64,000 bases of DNA from Halobacteriovoraceae bacterium (GTDB lineage Bacteria > Bdellovibrionota > Bacteriovoracia > Bacteriovoracales > Bacteriovoracaceae): the NCBI GenBank assembly GCA_963719505.1, contig CAVRCF010000001.1, positions 608,001 through 672,000 on the forward strand, read 5' to 3'. Shown one piece after another: positions 1 to 8,906 of this stretch. Under the pieces are notes generated by a model. That model searched no databases. It saw only the letters and a program-made list of their open reading frames with translations, and had not been told where the DNA came from. A program made the position numbers and the translations under genes. Numbering within the stretch: position 1 is the stretch's first letter; each line of letters opens with the position of its first letter.

Positions 1-2
1 GA

Positions 3-194
3 AATAAGACAAGGCTTGCAAGGGCAAGAGCGATGTTCAGAGAGATGAACGATGAGATCCATAAATTTTATAGGAATGCACAACTTCATGATGATCTTAT
101 AGGGTTGAGAAATTCTATAGAGGTTGCGCATATGGTTTTAAATGCCAGTGTCAGGAATAAAAAGTCAGCAGGGTGTTTTTATAGAGAAGACTAG
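3..194 (+). CDS. nadB: L-aspartate oxidase, C-terminal fragment (gene runs in from the window edge)
   Basis: Manual translation from position 3: NKTRLARARAMFREMNDEIHKFYRNAQLHDDLIGLRNSIEVAHMVLNASVRNKKSAGCFYRED*. It resembles the NadB C-terminus (LRN..VA......R.ES.G..Y..D). The TAG overlaps the stop of the convergent gene. Confidence 0.75.
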   Translation, partial: NKTRLARARAMFREMNDEIHKFYRNAQLHDDLIGLRNSIEVAHMVLNASVRNKKSAGCFYRED

Positions 195-1156
195 ATTCTC
201 TTGTAGGTCGTTTCTAAGTTCTTTGAAATTCTTTGTTTATAGATGAAGAGACTTTCACTTTGTCTATTCGTCAGATTAGATAGATCAAACATTTTATGCA
301 TCCAAACATACAGATCAATACTCCTAAATCTCAAAACATCGTCTATAAGATTAAACCAAATGGGGTCGAGTGCATTTTTAGACTTGTAAGAGGCAATAAA
401 CCTTCGTTTGTAATTTTCAAAATGAGACTCGCCATTGTGATAAGTAAACATACCGAGAGCATAATAGAGATGAATGCCGACATCAAAGATATAGAAACCA
501 TTGGAACAATCGTCAAAGTCAAAAAGCTGTATACCGTCAACTGATGAGTAAAACATGTTTCCAAAATGAATATCACCGTGGATTGGTCCAAATGCATTTT
601 TTGACTTAGGTAAAGAACTATACCAGTTGAGAGCTTTTTCGCACTCGCGTTTTGCTTCGTTATCTTTGAGATAAAGACTAAAATTTTCTAAGTGATCATT
701 CTTAACGTACTCTTCTCGTTGGAATGAAAACTTTTTAGAGTGATAATGAAGATCTCCAACTAATTCTCCCATCTCAATTGGAAAACTAGCTTTTAGTAAC
801 TTGAGATCTTCTATAGTATTTCCTGTGGCTTTTATAAATACACAAGCGGTTAAAGTTTCACTTTTGTAGTCGAGAGTCTCCATCATGACATTGTTATTTG
901 ATCTTATGGGCTTGCACACATTCGTACTAAATTGACTTAGATATTCTATAAAAGCTAATTCTTCTTTAATTTCAAAGTTGTTCCTGTGACTTTGTTCTGT
1001 AAGCCTTAGGATCAGATTTTTACTTTCAAATTCATAAACGATATTTTCAGAATCATTAATGAACCTCGGAGCTTCTTGAATACCCCATAAGTGCCCGAAT
1101 TTAATGGCCATATTATGTAAGGCTGCAAAGTCTCTTTTTGCAAATACAGATCTCAT
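191..1156 (-). CDS. Phosphotransferase (APH/choline kinase/homoserine kinase type II-like)
   Basis: HGDIHFGN Brenner-type motif and downstream DFDD; 321 aa. Confidence 0.85.
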   Translation of the reverse strand: MRSVFAKRDFAALHNMAIKFGHLWGIQEAPRFINDSENIVYEFESKNLILRLTEQSHRNNFEIKEELAFIEYLSQFSTNVCKPIRSNNNVMMETLDYKSETLTACVFIKATGNTIEDLKLLKASFPIEMGELVGDLHYHSKKFSFQREEYVKNDHLENFSLYLKDNEAKRECEKALNWYSSLPKSKNAFGPIHGDIHFGNMFYSSVDGIQLFDFDDCSNGFYIFDVGIHLYYALGMFTYHNGESHFENYKRRFIASYKSKNALDPIWFNLIDDVLRFRSIDLYVWMHKMFDLSNLTNRQSESLFIYKQRISKNLETTYKRI

Positions 1157-1217
1157 TTTTAAATTCCTTGCGGCTTAAATTTTTGATGAAAAAGTTACTC
1201 GATTTTATCCTTTCAAT

Positions 1218-1246
1218 TAGACTTATTGCAACATTAAACTTATAAC
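1218..1246 (+). promoter_or_regulatory. sigma70-type promoter of rimO
   Basis: TAGACT-N17-TATAAC. Confidence 0.5.
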
Positions 1247-1273
1247 ACCTCAAAATCACTTGAAAGGCTCTTT

Positions 1274-2671
1274 ATGGAAAACACAATTACTGGTGGCGAA
1301 AAATTCGTTACAAAATCTCTTTATTTTACCTCATTAGGTTGCTCCAAAAACTTGGTTGACTCCGAGGTCATGCTGGGTCATCTGGGACTTGATGGTTTTA
1401 AAGTCTCTCAAAGTCCTGAAGATGCTGAGGTTATTATCGTAAACACATGCTCTTTTATTGAAGCGGCTAAGGCGGAATCAATCGAGACAGTTTTAGATCT
1501 TGCGGACTTCAAAAATCCTGAAGTAGGTAAGTGTAAAGCACTCGTGATGAGTGGATGTATGGCCCAGAGGTATTACGGTGAACTAGAGCAGGAGATGCCT
1601 GAAGTTGATATGTTCATAGGAACTGGTGAGTACAATAAAATTGTTCCCCTTCTAAAAGCTTTTGAAGATGGAAAGTTAGAAAAGAAATCTTTTGTTGAGA
1701 TTCCAAAGTTTATTCATACAGAATTCGATCCAAGGATCAATACCTCTCCAAGTTATATGACTTGGCTAAAAATAAGTGAAGGATGTAATAGGAATTGTAC
1801 TTTTTGTATTATTCCAACTTTAAGAGGTAAGCTTCGTTCAAGAACTATAGACTCTTTAGTCACAGAGGCAAAGCGCCTGGGTGAGAGTGGGGTACGCGAA
1901 CTCAATTTAATTTCTCAAGACTTTTCGGACTATGGTTCGGACTTTGAGGGCTTTGAAAAAGTAGATACCAAAAATCCAGTCATTCATAATATGTTAAAAA
2001 GTCTTGCCGAGGTTGACCAGATTGATTGGGTAAGAGTTTTTTATTTCTATCCCGATGATCTTACTGAAGATGTAATGGATATTATTGCAACTCATCCTAA
2101 GATTTGTAAATATTTAGATATGCCGATTCAACACTTTGCTGACGGAGTGTTAAAAAGAATGAATCGTAGAGTAACCGGACAAATTATCCGCTCAAAAGTT
2201 AAAATCCTTCGTGAAAAGATTCCAGGTATCGTGTTGAGAACTTCTGTTATTGTGGGATTTCCGGGTGAAACTCAAGAGGATTTCGATAAACTTCTTGAAG
2301 GTATTAAAGAGATGCGCTTCAACCATCTTGGCGTCTTTAAATACTCTGATGAAGAAGGAACGCCTGCTTTAAGACTAAAGAATAAAGTTTCCCAAGAAGT
2401 TATTGATGCCAGATTTGAAAAAATCTATGAGGTTCAAAAAGAAATTGCAAGAGAGCTGAATCAAGAATTTATCGGTAAAACGATTGAAGTTCTGGTTGAA
2501 GGTGTTCACGAGGAAACGGAACTTCTTCTTCAAGGCCGTCACATGGGGCAAGCTCCAGATATTGATGGTAAAGTTATCATCAACGATGGTGATGCTAAAT
2601 CTGGAGACATCGTAAAAGTCCATATTACAGAAGTTCTAGATTACGACCTTGTTGGTGAAATAGTAGACTAG
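1274..2671 (+). CDS. rimO: Ribosomal protein S12 methylthiotransferase
   Basis: N-terminal SLGCSKNLVDSE, NTCSFI and GCMAQRY; radical SAM CNRNCTFC; C-terminal TRAM with APDIDG and DYDL. Confidence 0.95.
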   Translation: MENTITGGEKFVTKSLYFTSLGCSKNLVDSEVMLGHLGLDGFKVSQSPEDAEVIIVNTCSFIEAAKAESIETVLDLADFKNPEVGKCKALVMSGCMAQRYYGELEQEMPEVDMFIGTGEYNKIVPLLKAFEDGKLEKKSFVEIPKFIHTEFDPRINTSPSYMTWLKISEGCNRNCTFCIIPTLRGKLRSRTIDSLVTEAKRLGESGVRELNLISQDFSDYGSDFEGFEKVDTKNPVIHNMLKSLAEVDQIDWVRVFYFYPDDLTEDVMDIIATHPKICKYLDMPIQHFADGVLKRMNRRVTGQIIRSKVKILREKIPGIVLRTSVIVGFPGETQEDFDKLLEGIKEMRFNHLGVFKYSDEEGTPALRLKNKVSQEVIDARFEKIYEVQKEIARELNQEFIGKTIEVLVEGVHEETELLLQGRHMGQAPDIDGKVIINDGDAKSGDIVKVHITEVLDYDLVGEIVD

Positions 2672-2673
2672 CC

Positions 2674-3837
2674 TTACTCTGAGGCTAGCTTTTTAAGAAA
2701 GAGGTCAAAATTTCTAGAAAAGTCATCGAAGTACTTGCCTGTAGCCGGTCCTTGAAAACTTGCCAAGATCTTTCTGACCTTACCTTTTTTATCTATATAA
2801 ATAGTTGTTGGAAAAGAGATAAAGTTTTCGAGACCAGGTAGGATGTCAGAGACTTTATCTTCTTCTGTATAGCCTCCAATCATGATGGGGTAATCGATAT
2901 CGTAGGCTTTCTTTGCTTTTTTTAATTGAACAAGAGCATGTTTTTTGTTGGGACTTCTTTCAAAAGCAATGAGTGAAAATTTGACGCCAAGATCACTGTT
3001 ATTCGCTTTCCAGGACTTAATGAACTTTGTCTCGTCTATACAGTTTGGACACCATGAGCCAAAAATCTGGATGACTTGAACTTTTCCTAAATTATTTTTT
3101 ATCGAATAGCTCTCTCCTATTAAAAGTGGGAGAGACAACTTGGTTATGTCTTTTTTATATTTCGTGATTTGTTCTGGATCTTTCAGTTTGAATTCACTAT
3201 CTACTGTTGCGCTAAACTGAGTGTTGTAATTTGCGCCAGAGTACATTTTTCCCGTGTAGCTACTGCCTTTAATTTTTCCTTCAAAGTAGAAGGCATAGGC
3301 TCCATCAAAGCCAAACAATACAAGATTATCTTCTTTAATTCTTGGAGTTAGGAAACGGTAATCACCTGTTTGGGTAATAACACTTGCATAGAATTTATTC
3401 TTATTTTCTGTGAAAACGAGAAGGGCTGGGTCTTCATTTCCTTCAAACTTAACTTTCCACTTTCTTGGAAGTAGTTTCTCTTCCTTAAAATTATTTTTTA
3501 AGGTTGCCGCCAGCTTCATTCCAATAACGGGCACCTTGTACTCTGGAGTTCTGTTGTGCTTTATCCAGTATCCCTTAATCACTGGGCCTGTTTGGACGAG
3601 TTCAAAAGAAGCATCAAAACCTTGGATAGGAATAGTAATTTTACCTTTCTCTATTTGGCGTGAAAGAGTTAGAGTCTCAGCCATCGTCGATAATTTTACA
3701 TCGTCTTTTGTAAACTCTAGATTAAAAGGAATCTTCTTTCCCTGTAGTTGGAGTTCCATTCCCCATATACCCTCAAGCTTTTCTGGCCCAAAGCAACCTG
3801 TAAGTAAAAATAGTAGTGAGAAAAATAGAGTGCGCAT
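2674..3837 (-). CDS. TlpA-family thiol-disulfide oxidoreductase lipoprotein
   Basis: Lipobox LLTGC; C-terminal thioredoxin domain with WCPNC and SFPTT. Confidence 0.85.
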   Translation of the reverse strand: MRTLFFSLLFLLTGCFGPEKLEGIWGMELQLQGKKIPFNLEFTKDDVKLSTMAETLTLSRQIEKGKITIPIQGFDASFELVQTGPVIKGYWIKHNRTPEYKVPVIGMKLAATLKNNFKEEKLLPRKWKVKFEGNEDPALLVFTENKNKFYASVITQTGDYRFLTPRIKEDNLVLFGFDGAYAFYFEGKIKGSSYTGKMYSGANYNTQFSATVDSEFKLKDPEQITKYKKDITKLSLPLLIGESYSIKNNLGKVQVIQIFGSWCPNCIDETKFIKSWKANNSDLGVKFSLIAFERSPNKKHALVQLKKAKKAYDIDYPIMIGGYTEEDKVSDILPGLENFISFPTTIYIDKKGKVRKILASFQGPATGKYFDDFSRNFDLFLKKLASE

Positions 3838-3910
3838 ATATTTAGACCTTTGAAGATTTGTGGTCCAAATACTGTCATTTGTTGATTTATTCTGTCAACG
3901 GACAGAAGGT

Positions 3911-4204
3911 CTATTGGTCTTTATCTTTAGATTTTTTATTTGCGTCGAAGATAATATCAGTTTCTAACTCAGAGATCTTATATTGGAGGTGGCCATATGT
4001 ATTTTTGTCTCTAATCTCTTTGGAGGCAATTCTATTTTCTATCTCTGTAACTTTCTGAGTTAGACTCATCAAGATCGTTTTCATTTCAGAAAATTGATTA
4101 TTTTGGTTTTGTGCTAATTTATCAAAGAGGACTTCAGTTTCCTCTACAACATCTGTAGCTAGAGTCTTACTAAATTTTTTGCGATTAAATAGAAAATCAA
4201 ACAT
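3911..4204 (-). CDS. Hypothetical protein with coiled coil
   Basis: 97 aa ORF with AAGGAG RBS; hairpin TTCTGTC-AACG-GACAGAA just downstream. Confidence 0.75.
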   Translation of the reverse strand: MFDFLFNRKKFSKTLATDVVEETEVLFDKLAQNQNNQFSEMKTILMSLTQKVTEIENRIASKEIRDKNTYGHLQYKISELETDIIFDANKKSKDKDQ

Positions 4205-4327
4205 CTCTTTCTCCTTGAATACACTCTTATTTTAGACTGCCAGGCTGCGTGTTTAAAGAAGGCAAACTTTACACCGAGATATCTGGGGCAAAATGATGTA
4301 TGATACTGATATTATAAGGAGATAATC

Positions 4328-5155
4328 GTGAATAAATTTATTTTGTCAGCTCTTATGAGCTTAATGGTCACCAATTCCTACGCTTTGGATCTCGATAAGT
4401 ATAAGGAAAAACTAAGAGCTCCCATGGCCAAAATGCTAGGTGAAGAGACAACAAATAAGATTTTGGGCGAAAAAGTAGTAGAGAAGACCAACGCGATGAC
4501 ATTACCGGAAATTCCACAAGTCAAGCTCGATGCTAAAAATGAAAGTTTCTACGATCAAAAAACCAGTGCGGTCTACACTCAAGGTGAAGATTATAATAAC
4601 CTCTCAAATCAAGAGAAAAGAAATTTTAGAATTAAATTTTTAAGGCAGCTCTATTTTGTCACAAGAAATTCGCAACCTAAAGAAAGTGATCTGGCTAAGT
4701 CTCTAAATGTTTTAGAGCAAGGTGGAAATAGAGAGGGAGTATATCGCTCTGTCACACTTGACCAAACTTATTTAGCTCTTGAACAATATGAAGAAAATCC
4801 AAGTGACACATTAATCAATTTTGTTCGATACTTCACACCAAAATATCTAAGAAAAACTTTCGAAGAATCAAGCCTTAGAAAACTGAACCTGTGGTCATTA
4901 AAAAGGCTTCTCACGGAGAAGTGCTTAGAGCTTGTGGATGTACTTGCAAAAAAGCCAGAGGATCTCTATCGTTGGTATGCTGTTTATTCCGCTGAAATTG
5001 CGAAAAATTATCCTGAGCTATGGAAATCAAAAACTCGAGCGAGTACCAGTGATGAGTTCCACTATCGCTGGGCAACCAAAGTACCTTTTCAACATATTAA
5101 ATCAGAAATTATTTTAAAAAATCATCTTCTGATGAACTATTTGCAAAAAAACTAA
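4328..5155 (+). CDS. Secreted hypothetical protein
   Basis: AAGGAG RBS, GTG start, signal peptide ending SYA. Confidence 0.8.
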   Translation: MNKFILSALMSLMVTNSYALDLDKYKEKLRAPMAKMLGEETTNKILGEKVVEKTNAMTLPEIPQVKLDAKNESFYDQKTSAVYTQGEDYNNLSNQEKRNFRIKFLRQLYFVTRNSQPKESDLAKSLNVLEQGGNREGVYRSVTLDQTYLALEQYEENPSDTLINFVRYFTPKYLRKTFEESSLRKLNLWSLKRLLTEKCLELVDVLAKKPEDLYRWYAVYSAEIAKNYPELWKSKTRASTSDEFHYRWATKVPFQHIKSEIILKNHLLMNYLQKN

Positions 5156-6114
5156 TCAAAGAATATTTTTTCGCTTTTGACAATTGAAGCAAATAGTCTC
5201 TCAATTCCTAGGGCAATGCCTGAGGAGTTGGGGTAGCCGTCTTCAATAACTTTTAAAAATCTTTTTGGAGAAGGTAAGGTGTAGTTGTAGGCTTCTTTCT
5301 TTTCAAAAGCTTGAAGCTCAAACCTCTCCTTTTGAGAATTGTAGTCTGTAAGCTCGTTAAAACAATTTGCAATTTCCACTCCTCGAATAAAAAGTTCAAA
5401 TCTTTGGCAAACTCTTTTGTCTTCAGGTTTAAGTGTCGAAAGCGCAGCCAGTGGAGCCGGATATTCATCTACAAAAATGGCTTTCTCTTTGGCAATAATA
5501 GGTTCTATTTCGTTGAGAAATAAAAGAAAAAAATAATCATCCCAGGTACAATCAGTGTTGGGAAGTGGAACTGATTTAAAGTTCTTCTCAATAAGCTTTT
5601 TAAGCTCTTTGGTGTTTAAAAAATTTAAAATATCAATGTTTAAAATATCAATAAAGAGCTCTCTAACTGTAGCTGTTTGAAAGTCTGACTTTTGAAACTT
5701 CTCTTTCACAGGCATTGCCAACGCTTGGGCACGCTGTGAGAGGTCTACTGTTAAATCAATAACATCTTCTTTTATCGAACTATAGTTTTCATGTTTTCTA
5801 TACCATTCACACATAAGAAATTGTGGTCTGTGGATAGGAGATGCTTGTTCATCTCTAAAGCAATAAGTGATAGTAAAAATTTTATCAAACTCTTCTTTAG
5901 AGAGAAGCTCTTTCATAAAAAACTCAGGAGAGGTGTGAAGAAAACTATTTGTTCTTTTTGAGCTGTTGATTGAATATAACTCAAAAGGGTGAATATGAGT
6001 TTCCATGCCAGGGTTCTCCGTCACGGGAGGCGTTAGAACATCTAGAAAACCTTTTGAGACAAAATGATTTCTCATGGCCTGAATAAATTGAAACTGATAT
6101 TTTAAACTCATCAT
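5152..6114 (-). CDS. epmA: EF-P lysine aminoacylase (GenX/PoxA)
   Basis: LysRS-like catalytic domain only: LHTSPEFFMKELL, FRDE, HRPQF.M.EWYR, RFELF, EIAN.F.ELTD, SGIALGIERL; no anticodon-binding domain. Confidence 0.9.
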   Translation of the reverse strand: MMSLKYQFQFIQAMRNHFVSKGFLDVLTPPVTENPGMETHIHPFELYSINSSKRTNSFLHTSPEFFMKELLSKEEFDKIFTITYCFRDEQASPIHRPQFLMCEWYRKHENYSSIKEDVIDLTVDLSQRAQALAMPVKEKFQKSDFQTATVRELFIDILNIDILNFLNTKELKKLIEKNFKSVPLPNTDCTWDDYFFLLFLNEIEPIIAKEKAIFVDEYPAPLAALSTLKPEDKRVCQRFELFIRGVEIANCFNELTDYNSQKERFELQAFEKKEAYNYTLPSPKRFLKVIEDGYPNSSGIALGIERLFASIVKSEKIFFD

Positions 6115-6712
6115 GCGATATCCTCTTAGAAAAGAAGCAATTTATCAATATATTGAAGATTCAGAATGGGTCGGCGCAGTAAATTTTATTTTTATTGAAG
6201 ACTACATCTTTCTAATCTTGAGAAGTGACACGATGCCCTCTCATGCGAGCCAAGTCGCCTTTGTTGGTGGGCATAAACTTGCTAGTGAGATCCATCCAAT
6301 TGTGACAGCGAAAAGGGAATTTGAAGAAGAAACGGGTCTAAGTCCTGAACTTCTTTTGGATCCTATCGTTTTGGAGCCTGTTGTTACTTCAAAATTGAAA
6401 ATGATCTATCCCGTGGTGTCTTGGATAGATATGAGTAGAAAAGATTTTATCCAAAAGATTGTAAGTAACGGTGAATGGAATAATGCTTATTTGGCCCGGG
6501 CTGATTATATTTTCAATGACTCTCATTGGAGCAGGGGAAGTATGTTTAAGGAAAGGGTTTATGATGTCTTCTTTTGTCCAATACCAAAGTCTGAAGTTTT
6601 AGAGAAAAGCCCTGATGAACAAAATAAGGTCATTCTTTGGGGTGCCACAGCTAAAATAATTTGGAATTTCTTTAAAATCCACATTGATGATGCTAATTTC
6701 TCAAACAATTAA
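6113..6712 (+). CDS. NUDIX hydrolase, CoA pyrophosphatase-like
   Basis: H.SQVAFVGG...AKREFEEETG Nudix box; C-terminal LWGATAKI. Confidence 0.8.
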   Translation: MRYPLRKEAIYQYIEDSEWVGAVNFIFIEDYIFLILRSDTMPSHASQVAFVGGHKLASEIHPIVTAKREFEEETGLSPELLLDPIVLEPVVTSKLKMIYPVVSWIDMSRKDFIQKIVSNGEWNNAYLARADYIFNDSHWSRGSMFKERVYDVFFCPIPKSEVLEKSPDEQNKVILWGATAKIIWNFFKIHIDDANFSNN

Positions 6713-6732
6713 TAAATAAAAACGTAGGTTTT

Positions 6733-7968
6733 ATGAATCAATATGCAGCTCAAGTAGCAGAACTTCTAGGATTAGCCGATATTCCAAATCTTTATGATTG
6801 GTTGGGAATAAGTGGAATCTTCACTTTGGCTTTCATTTCAGTCTTTAACCTGTTTAAAAGTCCAAAAACAAATCTTGATGATGAAGCGACTCTAGAAAAA
6901 GATAAAAAAATAGCAACTGAGGTAGCAAAAGAGTTAACTTCTTCACCTGTCGCAGAGAGTTTACCTAAACATGAACCCGCTCCAGAGTTAGTTGAGACTG
7001 TTGAAGAAGTCCCACAGAAGCCTCTTGAGAAAAAAATAACTTGGAGTGACAGATTACTAAAAGGACTTTCGCAGACGAGAAATGATGTTTGGGGAAAAGT
7101 TGGAGCTATCTTGGGATCCAACAATATATCTGAAGAACAGTTTGAGCAGATTGAGGAGATTCTTTACTCTGCAGACCTATCTCCTTCAATGGTTCAAGAG
7201 CTTTTAGAAGAGCTTAAAGCATTTTCTAAAAGTGGAGAAAAAAATACTCAAGAGTTTATTCTTTTTATTAAAGGCTTCTTAAAAGGAAAGATGGCATCTA
7301 TCCAGGATAAAGTTAATCTTGATCTATATGACTTCGATAAAGAGAAAAAAGAATTAAAAGTTATCATGATTGTTGGTGTTAATGGAGCCGGGAAAACGAC
7401 AACCATCGGAAAGCTTGCAACGAAATTAAAAGCGCAAGGGGCCAAAGTCGTTGTCGGAGCTTGTGACACTTTTAGAGCAGCGGCTGTTGAGCAGCTTGAG
7501 GTTTGGTGTAACCGGGCAGGGGTTGAAATAGTAAAAGCAAAAGAGGGAGCAGATCCAAGTGGAGTTGCATTCGATACAGTAAAGAAAGCTAAAGAGATTC
7601 AAGCAGATTACTGTATTATTGATACTGCGGGTAGACTGCATACTGCGTCAAACCTCATGGATGAACTGCGAAAGACTAAAAAAGTAATGAGTAAAGTTGT
7701 AGAAAGTGCTCCTCACGAAACACTATTAGTGGTCGATGCCATTACTGGGCAAAATGCTTTGAGACAAGCTGAAGAATTTAATAAGACACTGGACCTTACT
7801 GGTCTGATATTTACTAAATGTGATGGCTCTTCAAAAGCTGGTTCTGCGGTAGGAATCGTGAAACAATTGGAAGTACCAATCGTTTATATCGGAGTAGGAG
7901 AGTCGGTCGATGATCTTAATATCTTTGACCTCGATTTATACCTAGACGCACTGCTTGGAATTGCTTAA
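6733..7968 (+). CDS. ftsY: Signal recognition particle receptor
   Basis: GVNGAGKTTTIGKLA, DTFRAAA, DTAGR, TKCDG..K.G; N-terminal hydrophobic segment. Confidence 0.95.
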   Translation: MNQYAAQVAELLGLADIPNLYDWLGISGIFTLAFISVFNLFKSPKTNLDDEATLEKDKKIATEVAKELTSSPVAESLPKHEPAPELVETVEEVPQKPLEKKITWSDRLLKGLSQTRNDVWGKVGAILGSNNISEEQFEQIEEILYSADLSPSMVQELLEELKAFSKSGEKNTQEFILFIKGFLKGKMASIQDKVNLDLYDFDKEKKELKVIMIVGVNGAGKTTTIGKLATKLKAQGAKVVVGACDTFRAAAVEQLEVWCNRAGVEIVKAKEGADPSGVAFDTVKKAKEIQADYCIIDTAGRLHTASNLMDELRKTKKVMSKVVESAPHETLLVVDAITGQNALRQAEEFNKTLDLTGLIFTKCDGSSKAGSAVGIVKQLEVPIVYIGVGESVDDLNIFDLDLYLDALLGIA

Positions 7969-7985
7969 ATCCCTCTCTATGCGCA

Positions 7986-8014
7986 TTGACTTGTAACTAG
8001 ATGTCATTTACTCT
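7986..8014 (+). promoter_or_regulatory. sigma70-type promoter of zapA operon (probably leaderless transcript)
   Basis: TTGACT-N17-TACTCT; ATG at 8021 follows a 6-nt gap after the -10 element; no SD. Confidence 0.55.
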
Positions 8015-8017
8015 TTT

Positions 8018-8341
8018 GTGATGACCGTACACAATGAAGGTTTAGAATATAATATATTAGGTTGTAACGTCCGGATAAAAAAGGACGAAGCCGACAGAGA
8101 TAATGCTTTAAAAACTATTGAAATTGTTAACAAAGAAATTGAGAAAATGAGATCACAAAACTCTAAGCTCAAAGATATTGATGTCGCAGTTCTCATCGCT
8201 TTAAAGTTTGCTTCGGAAAAAAGTGAAATCGAATCTGAGTATAAAGAGAACTTGTTTTCTTTGAAAGCTGGGGTAAATGAAGCTTTAAGTTTTATCGAAG
8301 AAGTGTCTGCAGGATCCATGCAACCCAGTAAATCAGAATAG
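8018..8341 (+). CDS. zapA: Cell division protein ZapA (likely start ATG 8021)
   Basis: YNILG.. beta segment, VAVLIALKFA helix, coiled coil; typical position upstream of 5-FTHF cyclo-ligase and rny. Confidence 0.75.
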   Translation: MMTVHNEGLEYNILGCNVRIKKDEADRDNALKTIEIVNKEIEKMRSQNSKLKDIDVAVLIALKFASEKSEIESEYKENLFSLKAGVNEALSFIEEVSAGSMQPSKSE

Positions 8342-8348
8342 TGCGCTT

Positions 8349-8906
8349 GTGAGTAAAAAGATTGAAAGAGAGCACGCCAAAGAGCTGTTATCTAAAATCT
8401 CTGAAAAAATGATTCTAGAAAAAAGCATGTCTTTATCTAGCAACCTCGCTATGCACTTAAAAAGTATTCTAAAAATTTCCTCTTCATTAAGTATTGGTGG
8501 GTTTAGTCCCATTCAAAAAGAGTGTCTTTGGTTTAAAGATGACTTCTTTGTGAATCAGACTATTTATGTGCCAACGATCACAACTGAGACCCAAATGGTT
8601 TTTGTAGAGGTCGAACACCGCAACTTAGATAGGGATGAGCTAGGTCTTAAAGTGGATGAAGCCTTTGTAAAAAGTGCTGGAGTTCCGGATGTTTTACTCA
8701 TACCAGGATTGTTGTTTGATAGACATATGAATAGGCTTGGAAGGGGAGCAGGTTACTATGATAGGTACCTGGAAACTTTTAAGGGAATAAAGATTGGAGT
8801 TTGTTTTGAAGAACAACTCGTTGATGAGTTAAAAGTAGATAAAAACGATATAAAAGTAGACTTAATAATAACTGAAAAAGACAAATATATAAGGGGAATA
8901 AAATAA
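8349..8906 (+). CDS. 5-formyltetrahydrofolate cyclo-ligase
   Basis: DVLLIPGLLFD..NRLGRGAGYYDRYL; D..VD.IITE. Confidence 0.92.
   Translation: MSKKIEREHAKELLSKISEKMILEKSMSLSSNLAMHLKSILKISSSLSIGGFSPIQKECLWFKDDFFVNQTIYVPTITTETQMVFVEVEHRNLDRDELGLKVDEAFVKSAGVPDVLLIPGLLFDRHMNRLGRGAGYYDRYLETFKGIKIGVCFEEQLVDELKVDKNDIKVDLIITEKDKYIRGIK

Noticed and set aside
4241-4290. GGCAAAC suggesting a c-di-GMP-I riboswitch
   Set aside because: No GNRA-capped P2 stem or downstream GCAAA/P3 elements
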